Positions 28,246 to 37,440 of a DNA stretch of 64,000 nt are shown here, piece after piece. Numbering within the stretch: the stretch's first letter is position 1; every line of letters begins with the position of its first letter. The notes beneath the pieces are model-generated. The model had not been told where the DNA came from. It saw only the letters and a list, made by a program, of their open reading frames with translations, and ran no database searches. Both the position numbers and the translations under genes were made by a program. Origin of the DNA: Candidatus Zixiibacteriota bacterium (GTDB taxonomy: Bacteria; Zixibacteria; MSB-5A5; SM1-73); NCBI GenBank assembly GCA_049694315.1, contig JBAVQU010000061.1, forward strand, positions 38,796 through 102,795, given 5' to 3'.

Positions 28246-29532
28246 ATGGATAAGTTCGTGATCGAGGGTGGAAAAAGACTTGCCGGAAGCGTGAAGATCC
28301 AATCCTCCAAGAATGCGGTTCTGCCCATCTTGGCCGCTTCCCTGCTTTCGGAAAAGGGAGAGACCTGCATCCACGACGTGCCTTATCTGGCGGATGTGGA
28401 TACCATGCTCAAAGTCCTGCAGCGACTCGGAGCTAAAGTCAAAACCCATTCTGGCGATAAACGCGACGTGTCGCCTTGCAGCCGGACGGTGGTCATAAAC
28501 GCCGAGCAGCTCAGAGGCTATGAAGCGCCCTATGATCTGGTCAGAAAGATGAGAGCTTCTTTCCTGGTAATGGGACCTCTTCTGGCCCGATTCGGAAGGG
28601 CCAGGGTCTCTCTTCCCGGTGGATGCGTACTGGGTCCCCGGCCCGTTAACCTGCATCTCTCCGGTTTTGCCCGGATGGGAGCAAAGATTAGGGAAGAGCA
28701 TGGCTATGTAATTGCGTCCGTAGACAGACTCTCCGGCAACGTGATCTTTTTCGATCGTCCCAGTCATACCGGCACCGAAAATATCTTGATGGCCGCCTCT
28801 TTGTCATCCGGAAAGACTACCATCGTAAATGCCGCCTGCGATCCGGAAGTAGTGGATTTGGCCAGGTTTCTTATTCTGATGGGCGCAAAAATCACCGGGG
28901 CCGGGAGTTCTACTATCTGTGTAGAAGGGGTCAGAAGACTTAAGGCCGCAGAATACCGGCCCATCCCGGACCGCCTGGATTCGGCTACTTTCATGATGGC
29001 GGCCTGCATCACCTCAGGAAACGTGGAGCTGAAAAACGTCCTGCCGGAGCATCTTACTATGGTTACGCTCAAGCTTAGAGAAATGGGTGCCGACATCGTA
29101 GAAAAGAAGAACCAGCTCAAAGTCAGAGGTCCTAAGAAGCTTCGGCCCGTCTCCATCACCACCTATCCCCATCCCGGATTTCCCACAGACGTACAGGCAT
29201 CCATCATGGCGCTGACCTGTATCGCCGATGGAACCAGCCAGATACGGGAGACCGTGTTTGAGGACCGCTTCACTCACGTGATGGAGCTTTGCCGGCTCGG
29301 TGCAGACGTGAAGGTTTCGGGTGACAGAGCCACCATCAATGGAGTGCCCCGACTGAAGGGTGCATCGGTTATGGCCTCCGACATCAGAGCCGGCGCGGGT
29401 CTTACTATCGCCGGACTTGCGGCAGAAGGAGCTACGGAGGTGTTAAGGGTGTACCATATCGATAGGGGCTACGATCACCTGGAGAAGAGACTGGCCCAAT
29501 TGGGTGCAAACATAAAGAGGATGAGAAGCTGA
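28246..29532 (+). CDS. murA: UDP-N-acetylglucosamine 1-carboxyvinyltransferase
   Basis: It carries 'KIQSSKNAVLPILAASLL' and 'PGGCVLGPRPVNLH'. It has the characteristic length of 428 aa. Confidence 0.9.
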   Translation: MDKFVIEGGKRLAGSVKIQSSKNAVLPILAASLLSEKGETCIHDVPYLADVDTMLKVLQRLGAKVKTHSGDKRDVSPCSRTVVINAEQLRGYEAPYDLVRKMRASFLVMGPLLARFGRARVSLPGGCVLGPRPVNLHLSGFARMGAKIREEHGYVIASVDRLSGNVIFFDRPSHTGTENILMAASLSSGKTTIVNAACDPEVVDLARFLILMGAKITGAGSSTICVEGVRRLKAAEYRPIPDRLDSATFMMAACITSGNVELKNVLPEHLTMVTLKLREMGADIVEKKNQLKVRGPKKLRPVSITTYPHPGFPTDVQASIMALTCIADGTSQIRETVFEDRFTHVMELCRLGADVKVSGDRATINGVPRLKGASVMASDIRAGAGLTIAGLAAEGATEVLRVYHIDRGYDHLEKRLAQLGANIKRMRS

Positions 29533-29852
29533 GAAGGAATGTTTCTGCCGGTCCGGGTCTTGAGGAACGTTTTGTTTCGCGGTGGTGAACCCGGCTGGCA
29601 CGAAAGTCTGCTCGCCTTTTCGCGGATCGGCACTCTGGAGAGTAGAGATGGAAAGAGGTTCGGCATGATCGATTCACCGGGGAATGAAGGCTTTCCCCGA
29701 CTTTCGTCACACTTACACAGACCTGACGGGCCGGGCAGGAGCATCGAACGGGGCTTCGGTTCTCATGGGCTACCAATCTCAAGCAAATCAAACGCGGTAT
29801 TTTCGGGTTTCGGTTTGGAGATAAGTTGCGATACCGCAAGGAGACGGAAATA

Positions 29853-32800
29853 ATGAGATATTCATCCAAGCTAAGGCTCATCTTCGGTCTAATGCTCTTC
29901 TTCTTTGCTGGCCGCTCAGTCGCCCAGGAGCCTAATTTCGGAAAGAACAAGGTACAGTATAAATCCTTCGACTGGCATTACCTTCAAACTGAGAAATTCG
30001 ACATTTACTACTATCAGGGAGAATATCATCTGGCTAAGTTCGCCGCGGGCGTCCTGGAAAAAGCATATTCGAAGGTCAAAAAAGAGCTGCGGTACGATTT
30101 GAGTAAGAAAATTCCGGTAATCCTATACGACTCCCCGAATGACTTCCAACAGACCAATGTGGTTCCCGACTTAATCGAGGAAGGGGTGGGGGGATTCACC
30201 GAGTCGTTCAAGACCAGAGTGGTGGTGCCCTTCACCGGCTCTTACGAGGACTTCCGTCATGTGCTTCATCACGAGCTAACCCATGCCGTGGTGTACGACA
30301 TGCTGTATGGAAATCTTCTCAGTTCCATCCTCAGCCGGGGATACCTTTTCCAGCTTCCCCTGTGGTTTGCCGAGGGATACGCCGAATACTCCTCCCGGGG
30401 CGGCTGGGACATCGAGGCCGACATGGTGTTAAAGGATGCCACCATCGAGGGTTACTTAACCCCACTGGATCAGGCGGGAGGTTTTCTCGTTTACAAGGAA
30501 GGACAATCCGCCATAGGTTACATTGTGGAGAAGTACGGAGAGGAGAAGCTCTCTGAGATTTTGAACCGGGGCAAAAGAGAACTCTCCATGGACAAAGCTC
30601 TAAAGTCGGCCATCGGCTTGGATCAGGCGGCCTTCTCCGAGGAATGGATGAAGGCGCAGCGCAAGAAATACTGGCCGGAGATCTCCTTAAGAAAGGAGCC
30701 CAAGGAATTTGCCAAGGAGCTCACGCATCATCCCAAGGACGGCTCCTATGCCAATGAGAGACCGGCCTTCTCCCCTACCGGCGATCGACTGGCCATCTTT
30801 TCGGATAGAAGTGGTTATACGGAAATCTACATTATCTCTGCCATCGACGGAAAGGTTTTGAAGAGGCTGGTAAGAGGAGAAAGATCGGGGGATTTGGAGT
30901 CACTGCACTCTTGGCTCAGTGGTCTCACCTGGTCTCCGGACGGCAAGAGCCTGGCTTTTGTCTCAAAAAACCATGGCAAGGACGTCCTCTGCTTGGTCAG
31001 GACCAAAGACGGAAAGATATATTCCAGGTTTAAGTTCGATTTGGATGTTATGCGGTCTCCGTCCTGGGCGCCGGACGGCAGCCAGATCGCTTTCGTAGGA
31101 GTCAAGGACGGGAAAGCTGATCTCTACACCTGCGAGATCGGCACCCGCAAGCTGACCCGACTTACCGATGACGACTATGATGACGAAGATCCCAGCTTCT
31201 CTCCGGACGGCAGGTCCATCGCCTTCAGCTCCGACCGACCCCAAAAGGCCAGTGACGATTCGTCGGGTTACAAGTATGGGCATTTTGGTCTCTATCTTTT
31301 GGAGCTTGGTTCCTGGAAGATCACACCGGTTACATCCGACGAGGGAAACAGCATTTCACCATCTTGGTCGCCTGACGGCAAGAAGATCTGTTTTGTCTCG
31401 AACCGAAACGGGATTAACAACCTGTATGTATTGGATCTGGATAGCACGACGATTGAACCCATCACCAATGTGCTCGCCGGCTGTTTTTATCCTTCCTGGT
31501 CGACCGAGGGAGATAAGATCGCCTTCTCCGGCTTCCAGAAGGGGGGATGGGATGTGTTCCTGATAAAGGACATCAAGCCAGCCGTGGCAAAAGGGGATTC
31601 CCTCTCCAAGACCCTTTATCTTCTGACATTGGGAAAAGATACCACTTCGACACGCATTGATACCACCAAGAAAGAACCTACCCCGGAAAAGGTGGATTTT
31701 AGTTCCTATGTGTTCAAGGCCGGAAAGAGCGAGCTTGACAGCCTAACGGAGGTGATGGAGAGGAAAAAGACTCCTCCGGAGAAAAAAGACACCATGGTCT
31801 ATAAGCTTCCTAATGGCGAGTACGCAGAGCACAAATACAAGCTCAAGTTTTCCCCGGATTTGGTATCGGGTGGACTAACCTACGATACCTTCTTTGGCTT
31901 TCAGGGTCAGTCGTCCATCGTCATCAGTGACATGCTGGGGGATCACTCGTTCGGCTTGGCCACGGACATCGTCAATACCATAGACCAGAGTAACTTCCAG
32001 TTGTCTTATCAATACAGCGGCAGGCGGCCGAACGTGGGAGTAGCCATTCTGCATACCAAGTATTATTATGTGGATAACCTAAACCGCCTCTTCTCCGATC
32101 GAGTTTACGGGGCCTTGGGTTATCTCTCGTATCCCTTCAGCAAGTTCACCCGGGTGGAGCTGGACGCCACCCAGATTTCGGTGGATCGAAAGTATTATGA
32201 TCCCAATCCCATAACTTCAGCTTATGATGACCGGAGCGTGAAAGCGCTCATAGCCACCCTTTCTTGGATCAACGACACGGTCATCTGGGGATTTACTGGC
32301 CCCATCAATGGGTCCAGGAGTTTGCTGTCCTACGAGTATGCACCATACGTAACCCCAAGGAGCCTCACTTATGGTGCCGCCTTGATGGATTATCGCCGAT
32401 ACTTTCATTTCCTCAAAAGCTATGATTTCGTCTTCAGATTGACCAGCGGCTTCTCGCACGGTCGGGACCAGAAGACGTTCTTCTTGGGAGGAGTATCCAA
32501 CTGGATAGGTCCCAGTTTGGGCTCGGGCGACATCTATGGATTGAACAGCCTATATTTTGGGAACATCGTAACTCCGCTGCGGGGCTACAGGTATTTCGAT
32601 GTCAGCGGGTCTAAGTTTTTCTTGTCCAACTTCGAGCTGCGTTATCCCTTTATAGAGCACCTGATCATGAAATTTCCTCTCCCTCTAACCCTCCACTACA
32701 TCAGCGGCGCCATGTTCTATGACATGGGGGCCGCCTGGGACGAGACCAAGAAATTCAAGGGTGGGACCTCGGTGGACCATACCAGGCTTAAGGACATAAA

Positions 32801-32933
32801 AGCCGGCTTCGGATTTGGCGCCAGAGCCAATCTCGGTCTCTTTGTTCTGCGGTACGATGCAGGCTGGGCCACTGACTTCGACCGGGTGTCTGCCAAACCT
32901 AAACATTATGTGTCGTTGGGCGCGGAATTCTAA
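29853..32933 (+). CDS. Atypical Omp85-superfamily outer-membrane protein: signal peptide, an HExxH peptidase-like N-domain, PD40/TolB-type beta-propeller repeats, and an Omp85 (D15 surface antigen) C-terminal barrel
   Basis: It starts at ATG 29853 with an AAGGAG SD 9 nt upstream. It has 'HHELTHAV'. There are six or more repeats of the form 'SPDG..IAF.S.R.G...LY'. The C-terminus 'LRGYRYF...ELRYPF...SGAMFYDMGAAW...AGFGFGARANLGLFVLRYDAGWATDF...HYVSLGAEF' matches the BamA/Omp85 barrel C-terminal signature. Confidence 0.65.
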   Translation: MRYSSKLRLIFGLMLFFFAGRSVAQEPNFGKNKVQYKSFDWHYLQTEKFDIYYYQGEYHLAKFAAGVLEKAYSKVKKELRYDLSKKIPVILYDSPNDFQQTNVVPDLIEEGVGGFTESFKTRVVVPFTGSYEDFRHVLHHELTHAVVYDMLYGNLLSSILSRGYLFQLPLWFAEGYAEYSSRGGWDIEADMVLKDATIEGYLTPLDQAGGFLVYKEGQSAIGYIVEKYGEEKLSEILNRGKRELSMDKALKSAIGLDQAAFSEEWMKAQRKKYWPEISLRKEPKEFAKELTHHPKDGSYANERPAFSPTGDRLAIFSDRSGYTEIYIISAIDGKVLKRLVRGERSGDLESLHSWLSGLTWSPDGKSLAFVSKNHGKDVLCLVRTKDGKIYSRFKFDLDVMRSPSWAPDGSQIAFVGVKDGKADLYTCEIGTRKLTRLTDDDYDDEDPSFSPDGRSIAFSSDRPQKASDDSSGYKYGHFGLYLLELGSWKITPVTSDEGNSISPSWSPDGKKICFVSNRNGINNLYVLDLDSTTIEPITNVLAGCFYPSWSTEGDKIAFSGFQKGGWDVFLIKDIKPAVAKGDSLSKTLYLLTLGKDTTSTRIDTTKKEPTPEKVDFSSYVFKAGKSELDSLTEVMERKKTPPEKKDTMVYKLPNGEYAEHKYKLKFSPDLVSGGLTYDTFFGFQGQSSIVISDMLGDHSFGLATDIVNTIDQSNFQLSYQYSGRRPNVGVAILHTKYYYVDNLNRLFSDRVYGALGYLSYPFSKFTRVELDATQISVDRKYYDPNPITSAYDDRSVKALIATLSWINDTVIWGFTGPINGSRSLLSYEYAPYVTPRSLTYGAALMDYRRYFHFLKSYDFVFRLTSGFSHGRDQKTFFLGGVSNWIGPSLGSGDIYGLNSLYFGNIVTPLRGYRYFDVSGSKFFLSNFELRYPFIEHLIMKFPLPLTLHYISGAMFYDMGAAWDETKKFKGGTSVDHTRLKDIKAGFGFGARANLGLFVLRYDAGWATDFDRVSAKPKHYVSLGAEF

Positions 32934-33053
32934 ACTCTCCGATAGATTGTCCCGCTTAGCCGGAATGAAACCGCACGGGGCATCGTCTCCTCTTTGCCAC
33001 ATGGGGATCGGGTGCCGAAGAAGTTGACAAGATACTGACTCCACTAAAACAAC

Positions 33054-33092
33054 AAAGCCGCCCTGAAGCATGGTTTGCATCAAGGCGGCTTT
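33054..33092 (+). other. Hairpin about 120 nt downstream of the Omp85-like gene: 9-bp stem AAAGCCGCC/GGCGGCTTT with a structured 21-nt loop and no U-tract
   Basis: The inverted repeat is read from the sequence. It could be a terminator variant or a structural element. Confidence 0.3.
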
Positions 33093-33607
33093 AGCCCCCC
33101 TTAAGTGATTCCGCTCTGGTCAGGTTCTCATTGGAATTGCAGCTCCCAAATCCTGCATCCACAACCGCAATCGTGCTCCATCCTCCTGCTTTCTCTCACT
33201 CTTGCATCGGCTTTTGATCCCCTGGCAAACCGGGGAATAGGTCACCGTGGTTTCCTATCATAAGCTATATCGGCCATTCTCCTGTTTTGCTTAATCCCCC
33301 AAAGAGGCGATTCGGCTCGGGGATTTTTCCCAAAAACTCAGACCTCTCCAGGGAGATCCGAAGCGGTTAAGGAAGGTCAAAATTTGCCGAAATAGTAAGA
33401 AAAGCTTCGTTGCGTTACCGTCCCCCGGATTCACCGGCCAAATCAGGTTTCTCTTACCGAGCCACCGATGGGTCTGAAATTTCCTAAGCTCTGAGCTACG
33501 AATTGCGTGGGATTTTCGGAAAACAGAGTCTATCTCTGGCAAGCCGTGAAAAGCACGAGAAGATTGGTCCGTTCCAATCATCAGGTCATACTTCAGGGAG
33601 GTGAATC

Positions 33608-34165
33608 ATGTCAAGTGACGAGACTGTGACTGCACTTTTTGCAATGGCAGTCACCGCAGAGGAAAGATGCAAGGAATTATATTCCGGGTTGGCAAAAAGA
33701 TTCTCTCACCTACCGGACGCGGCCCGTTTCTGGATGGGAATGGCGATGGACGAAGTGCAGCACCACCAGAAACTGGAGAACGTCCGCGACTCTCTTACCC
33801 TACAGCAGCTTCATTCGGCAGCAGATCACGTTATGATCGAGAAGGCAAGACAGGCTCTGACCTTCTCAGCTGCGGAAAGCTCGAACTCGGTCGCGACATT
33901 GGATGACGCCTATGCGCTGGCTCGTGAGTTGGAGCGTTCCGAAGTCAACACGGTATTTGCATTCGTGATGAATGAGTTCATTCCCAGCGAGAAACAGAAA
34001 GATTTTGTTCTCTTGCAGCTGGAACACCACACCCAAAAGATAGTCAAATTCCCCGAAACCTTTGGCGACGCCGAATGGAGAAGGAGTATCGCTGCTGGGC
34101 CCATGCCCGCCGGTGCGCAGTCCGCTCTTTCTCGCCGAGAAACCATGAGCGCCCCGGACAAATAA
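33608..34165 (+). CDS. Hypothetical ferritin-like/rubrerythrin-like four-helix-bundle protein
   Basis: It has glutamate-rich helices with a 'DEVQHH' (ExxH) motif. The assignment is weak. A GGGAGGTGAATC SD precedes the ATG. Confidence 0.4.
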   Translation: MSSDETVTALFAMAVTAEERCKELYSGLAKRFSHLPDAARFWMGMAMDEVQHHQKLENVRDSLTLQQLHSAADHVMIEKARQALTFSAAESSNSVATLDDAYALARELERSEVNTVFAFVMNEFIPSEKQKDFVLLQLEHHTQKIVKFPETFGDAEWRRSIAAGPMPAGAQSALSRRETMSAPDK

Positions 34166-34699
34166 GATGTGTCCGGGAAAAGCATACTCAAAGGTCTTCT
34201 CCAAAAGAGCCTCCGATAGCCACCCTTAGGCGCATATCTCTATCTCCACCTGATCCAGCTTTCAAAGAAAACCCGCGGGATGTCTTGAGACTCTCCCTCT
34301 TCCCTTTTGTTACCACTGTCCGTTCCGTCTTGAAAATCTTGCCGGAGGTGGGTGAGTGAGGGATTGGGGATAACCTCGTCCGAATACAAAATCACCAAAA
34401 TGAAAGACAAACTTCCGCTCCAATGGAACCCGGCAGCTGAATAGGAGAAGAACCATGCTCAGAGACCCCGCCTTCCAGAGACGGGGGAGCCTAAGCAGGT
34501 AACGTTCGGCACTCGCGTATTTGATTGGGGTAGTTTCAAGCGACGGCAGTGCTGCTCAGGATAGGATGAGCGGGGGATAGTTCTGAGACGGGAGGTTTCC
34601 GGAAGAGTATCGGCTCATCCGGATAAGGCCTATGCTGGCGGGGCTGCAGCTCGGTCGCATCCCGGGGAACAGCCGTATTTCGACTGATCACTTCTGGAT

Positions 34700-34756
34700 C
34701 GGAGAAACCGACAAAGCCAAGAGCGCGACCTGACAGGTAGTTCTAATCAGGTCGCG
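34700..34756 (-). terminator. Terminator-like hairpin downstream of rplS: 10-bp perfect stem CGCGACCTGA/TCAGGTCGCG with a 13-nt loop, followed on the minus strand by a T-rich tract
   Basis: The stem was read at 34724-34756. The U-rich tract 'CTCTTGGCTTTGTCGGTTTCTCC' follows on the minus strand. Confidence 0.45.
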
Positions 34757-34837
34757 TGACATCCTTCTCTCTCCTTGTGGGATGGACCATGCGAAAGCAC
34801 CACGCTGTCTTCGAGACGATGGACAGGTTTTGAGAAA

Positions 34838-35206
34838 TCAGGATTCTAAGGCCTCTCCTTCTTCCTTCTTCTTTTCCTCGATACGAGCGGATTTTCCTTT
34901 CAGACCCCTTAAGTAGAAAAGCTTGGCCCTCTTCACCTTCCCCTGTCGCAGCATCTCGATCCTGGTGATGTTTGGCGAACACAGGGGGAAGACCCGCTCC
35001 ACACCCACACCGCTGGAGATCTTCCTTAGGGTAAACGTCGCGCCCGTCCCCTTTCCTCGTCTTTGGATCACCACCCCCTGAAAGGCTTGAATCCTCTCCT
35101 TGTCGCCTTCCTTGATTTTGGTCGAGACTCTCAGCGTGTCGCCGGGTTTGAACTCCGGGAGTTTGTCCTTAAGGTATTTTGCCTCTAAAGCCGAAATCGG
35201 ATCCAT
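34838..35206 (-). CDS. rplS: 50S ribosomal protein L19
   Basis: It carries '[29 protein letters not shown]'. Confidence 0.9.
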   Translation of the reverse strand: MDPISALEAKYLKDKLPEFKPGDTLRVSTKIKEGDKERIQAFQGVVIQRRGKGTGATFTLRKISSGVGVERVFPLCSPNITRIEMLRQGKVKRAKLFYLRGLKGKSARIEEKKKEEGEALES

Positions 35207-35269
35207 ATCTTCCTCCGTGCAAGCATGACGTTGATCACATTCAAAGCGTTGGCCGGAATTGGGAAAATC

Positions 35270-36013
35270 CTACCCTCTCTCCTTTTCTATCTCCCTCACC
35301 CATTCACTCTCCTCGTCCGAGAGGCGTGCTAAATCTAATAAATCCGGCCTTCTTTGTAAAGTCCTTTTCAGCGCCTCTTTTTTCCGCCACTTTCTGATTC
35401 TCTCATGGTCTCCCGACAGAAGTGCCTCCGGCACCCTAAGTCCCCGGAACTCCGCCGGCCTGGTATATTGAGGAGGTCCTAAGATTCCTTCAAAAAACGA
35501 ATCGCTCTGCGCCGACTCAAAATCCCCCAGAACGCCCGGTATCAACCGAATCACGGCATCCATGATAGCCAAGGCGGGGATCTCACCTCCGGTCAACACG
35601 TAATCGCCGATGGATATCTCTTCTACCGGATAGAGCATCTTCAGCCGTTCATCCACTCCCTTGTAATGCCCACACATGATTATTAGCCGATCCTTTAAGG
35701 ATAGTTCCAGAGCCTTCTGCTGAGAGAATCTCTCACCCTGGGGAGAGGTCAGAATCAGGCTGGTTACAGACCTTTCGTTTTCCTTGTCCCACACTGAGTC
35801 CAACGCTCTGCACAAAGGCTCCAGCTTCATCACCATCCCGCTTCCTCCTCCGAAAGGCGTGTCATCCACGGTCTGGTGTTTATCCTCTGCAAAATCCCTG
35901 ATGTTATGTATTCGCACATTTACCAGGTTCTTTTCCCTGGCCCGCTGAGTCAGGCTTTCATTTAAGGGTCCGGAAAACATTCCCGGGAAAATGGTCAGTA
36001 TGTCGATCAGCAT
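35270..36013 (-). CDS. trmD: tRNA (guanine37-N1)-methyltransferase
   Basis: It carries 'IDILTIFPGMF', 'DDTPFGGGSGMVMK' and 'GHYKGVDERL'. Confidence 0.9.
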   Translation of the reverse strand: MLIDILTIFPGMFSGPLNESLTQRAREKNLVNVRIHNIRDFAEDKHQTVDDTPFGGGSGMVMKLEPLCRALDSVWDKENERSVTSLILTSPQGERFSQQKALELSLKDRLIIMCGHYKGVDERLKMLYPVEEISIGDYVLTGGEIPALAIMDAVIRLIPGVLGDFESAQSDSFFEGILGPPQYTRPAEFRGLRVPEALLSGDHERIRKWRKKEALKRTLQRRPDLLDLARLSDEESEWVREIEKERG

Positions 36014-36020
36014 GGAAACT

Positions 36021-36545
36021 TCAAAGCTCCAATAGTCCTTCTTGCGGCTGAATGATCATTTGCCTTGTGTTCAGGTCGATGTTCTTGATCACATTTCTGA
36101 CTGCCGGAATGTCGTAGAGCCTGGTTTTCCCCTCCACCACATATATGTCGTGGGCCGGAAGAGATATCACCTCTTTCACTTTTCCGACCTTCTGTCCATC
36201 CGTGGTGGTGACTTCCAGACCTATCAGGTCAAATACAAAGTATCTCCCCTCGGGAAGCCTGACCAGCTCCTCTCTGTCTATCTCTATGAACCCTCCGACC
36301 AATTCCTCTGCCGCCTCCGGGCTGAGCACTTGCTTCAGCTTGAGCAAAACCTTGCCCTTGAATTCTCTGGCTTGCTCGACGACAAACTCACCCGTGCGCT
36401 TCGCGCTTGAGACCGTGACCTTCCCCAGTCCGACAAACCTGCCGGGATCGTCGGTCAAAGGGATCACCACCATTTCTCCCTTGGTGCCGCGCACTCGGGA
36501 AATCTTGCCGATTGTCACCCGACTGATTTCAGGCAAACACCGCAC
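36021..36545 (-). CDS. rimM: 16S rRNA processing protein RimM
   Basis: It carries 'IGKISRVRGTKGEMVV' plus a PRC-barrel C-terminus. Its position between rpsP and trmD is the expected one. Confidence 0.85.
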   Translation of the reverse strand: MRCLPEISRVTIGKISRVRGTKGEMVVIPLTDDPGRFVGLGKVTVSSAKRTGEFVVEQAREFKGKVLLKLKQVLSPEAAEELVGGFIEIDREELVRLPEGRYFVFDLIGLEVTTTDGQKVGKVKEVISLPAHDIYVVEGKTRLYDIPAVRNVIKNIDLNTRQMIIQPQEGLLEL

Positions 36546-36841
36546 CTTTCTGTTAGCCTGCTAATTGATCCCTTCTTGCCCTCCGAAACATATCCTCCGA
36601 AGATGACTCTCTGAAGAGAGCTTTCTTGGAGTGGCACGTTTGGTTTGACTTGTCCTCCCACACTCGTGCCGGACTTGAGGTCCGTAATGTGAGCTGACAC
36701 GATGAACACCGTAGGCCGGTCTATCGTGAGAGAGCGGCCAGAATCTTGGGATGGTTCACCTAAAGGTGAACACTCCACTACGTCGGTTTCGAGTGGCCTT
36801 CGCGCCTACTTGTCTGATTCCGTCTGTCGGAAGCCTCTCTG

Positions 36842-37294
36842 CTATTCTTTGGGCTCCTCTTTCTTAGCCTCCTCCTTCGGCTTCTCAGGTTCTGCTTTTG
36901 TCTTGGGAGCCTTCTGCTCGGCGGCAGGGGCAGCCGCCTCGACCGGCGGGCCTTTTTTCCTTTTCTTCTTCTTGCCCGTCTCCTTAAGCTGGTTCGAAAG
37001 GCTGACTTGGGAGACATCCTGCCCCTTTTGCATCATCTCCCATTTTTTCATAAGCCCGATTTGTTTGAAAAGGCCCTTTACCGTGTCGCTGGGCGTGGCG
37101 CCCTGCTTCAGCCACGAGTAGACCTTCTCTTCATTCACCAGCACGCTTGCCGGCTTTTCGATGGGATTGTAATGTCCCAGAATCTCAATGAACCTTCCGT
37201 CCCTGGGCATCCGCGAATCGGTGGCCACAAAGCGAAAGGAAGGTTTCTTCTTTGCGCCCATCCTTCTCAGTCTGATTACTACCGCCAAATTCAC
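36842..37294 (-). CDS. rpsP: 30S ribosomal protein S16 with a lysine/alanine/proline-rich C-terminal extension
   Basis: It carries '[33 protein letters not shown]'. The tail is '[43 protein letters not shown]'. Confidence 0.85.
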   Translation of the reverse strand: MNLAVVIRLRRMGAKKKPSFRFVATDSRMPRDGRFIEILGHYNPIEKPASVLVNEEKVYSWLKQGATPSDTVKGLFKQIGLMKKWEMMQKGQDVSQVSLSNQLKETGKKKKRKKGPPVEAAAPAAEQKAPKTKAEPEKPKEEAKKEEPKE

Positions 37295-37440
37295 CTCCGT
37301 TTAAAATGGTTTTTCAAATCGTCCTCTTTCACATTCTCTCAAAACTCGACTCAATTCCTGCAGGCTGCTTAGCTCCACCGACCCGGCGAATGGGGCAGCC
37401 GCAGGGCAGCTTCCCGAAATTCTCACGGATTCTATTAACC

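Noticed and set aside
36515-36778. An 87-aa minus-strand ORF in the rpsP-rimM gap that could be the expected KH-domain protein
   Set aside because: Its sequence lacks any KH GxxG loop or the beta-alpha-alpha-beta pattern. It also overlaps the rimM start by 31 nt. It is more likely a spurious frame.
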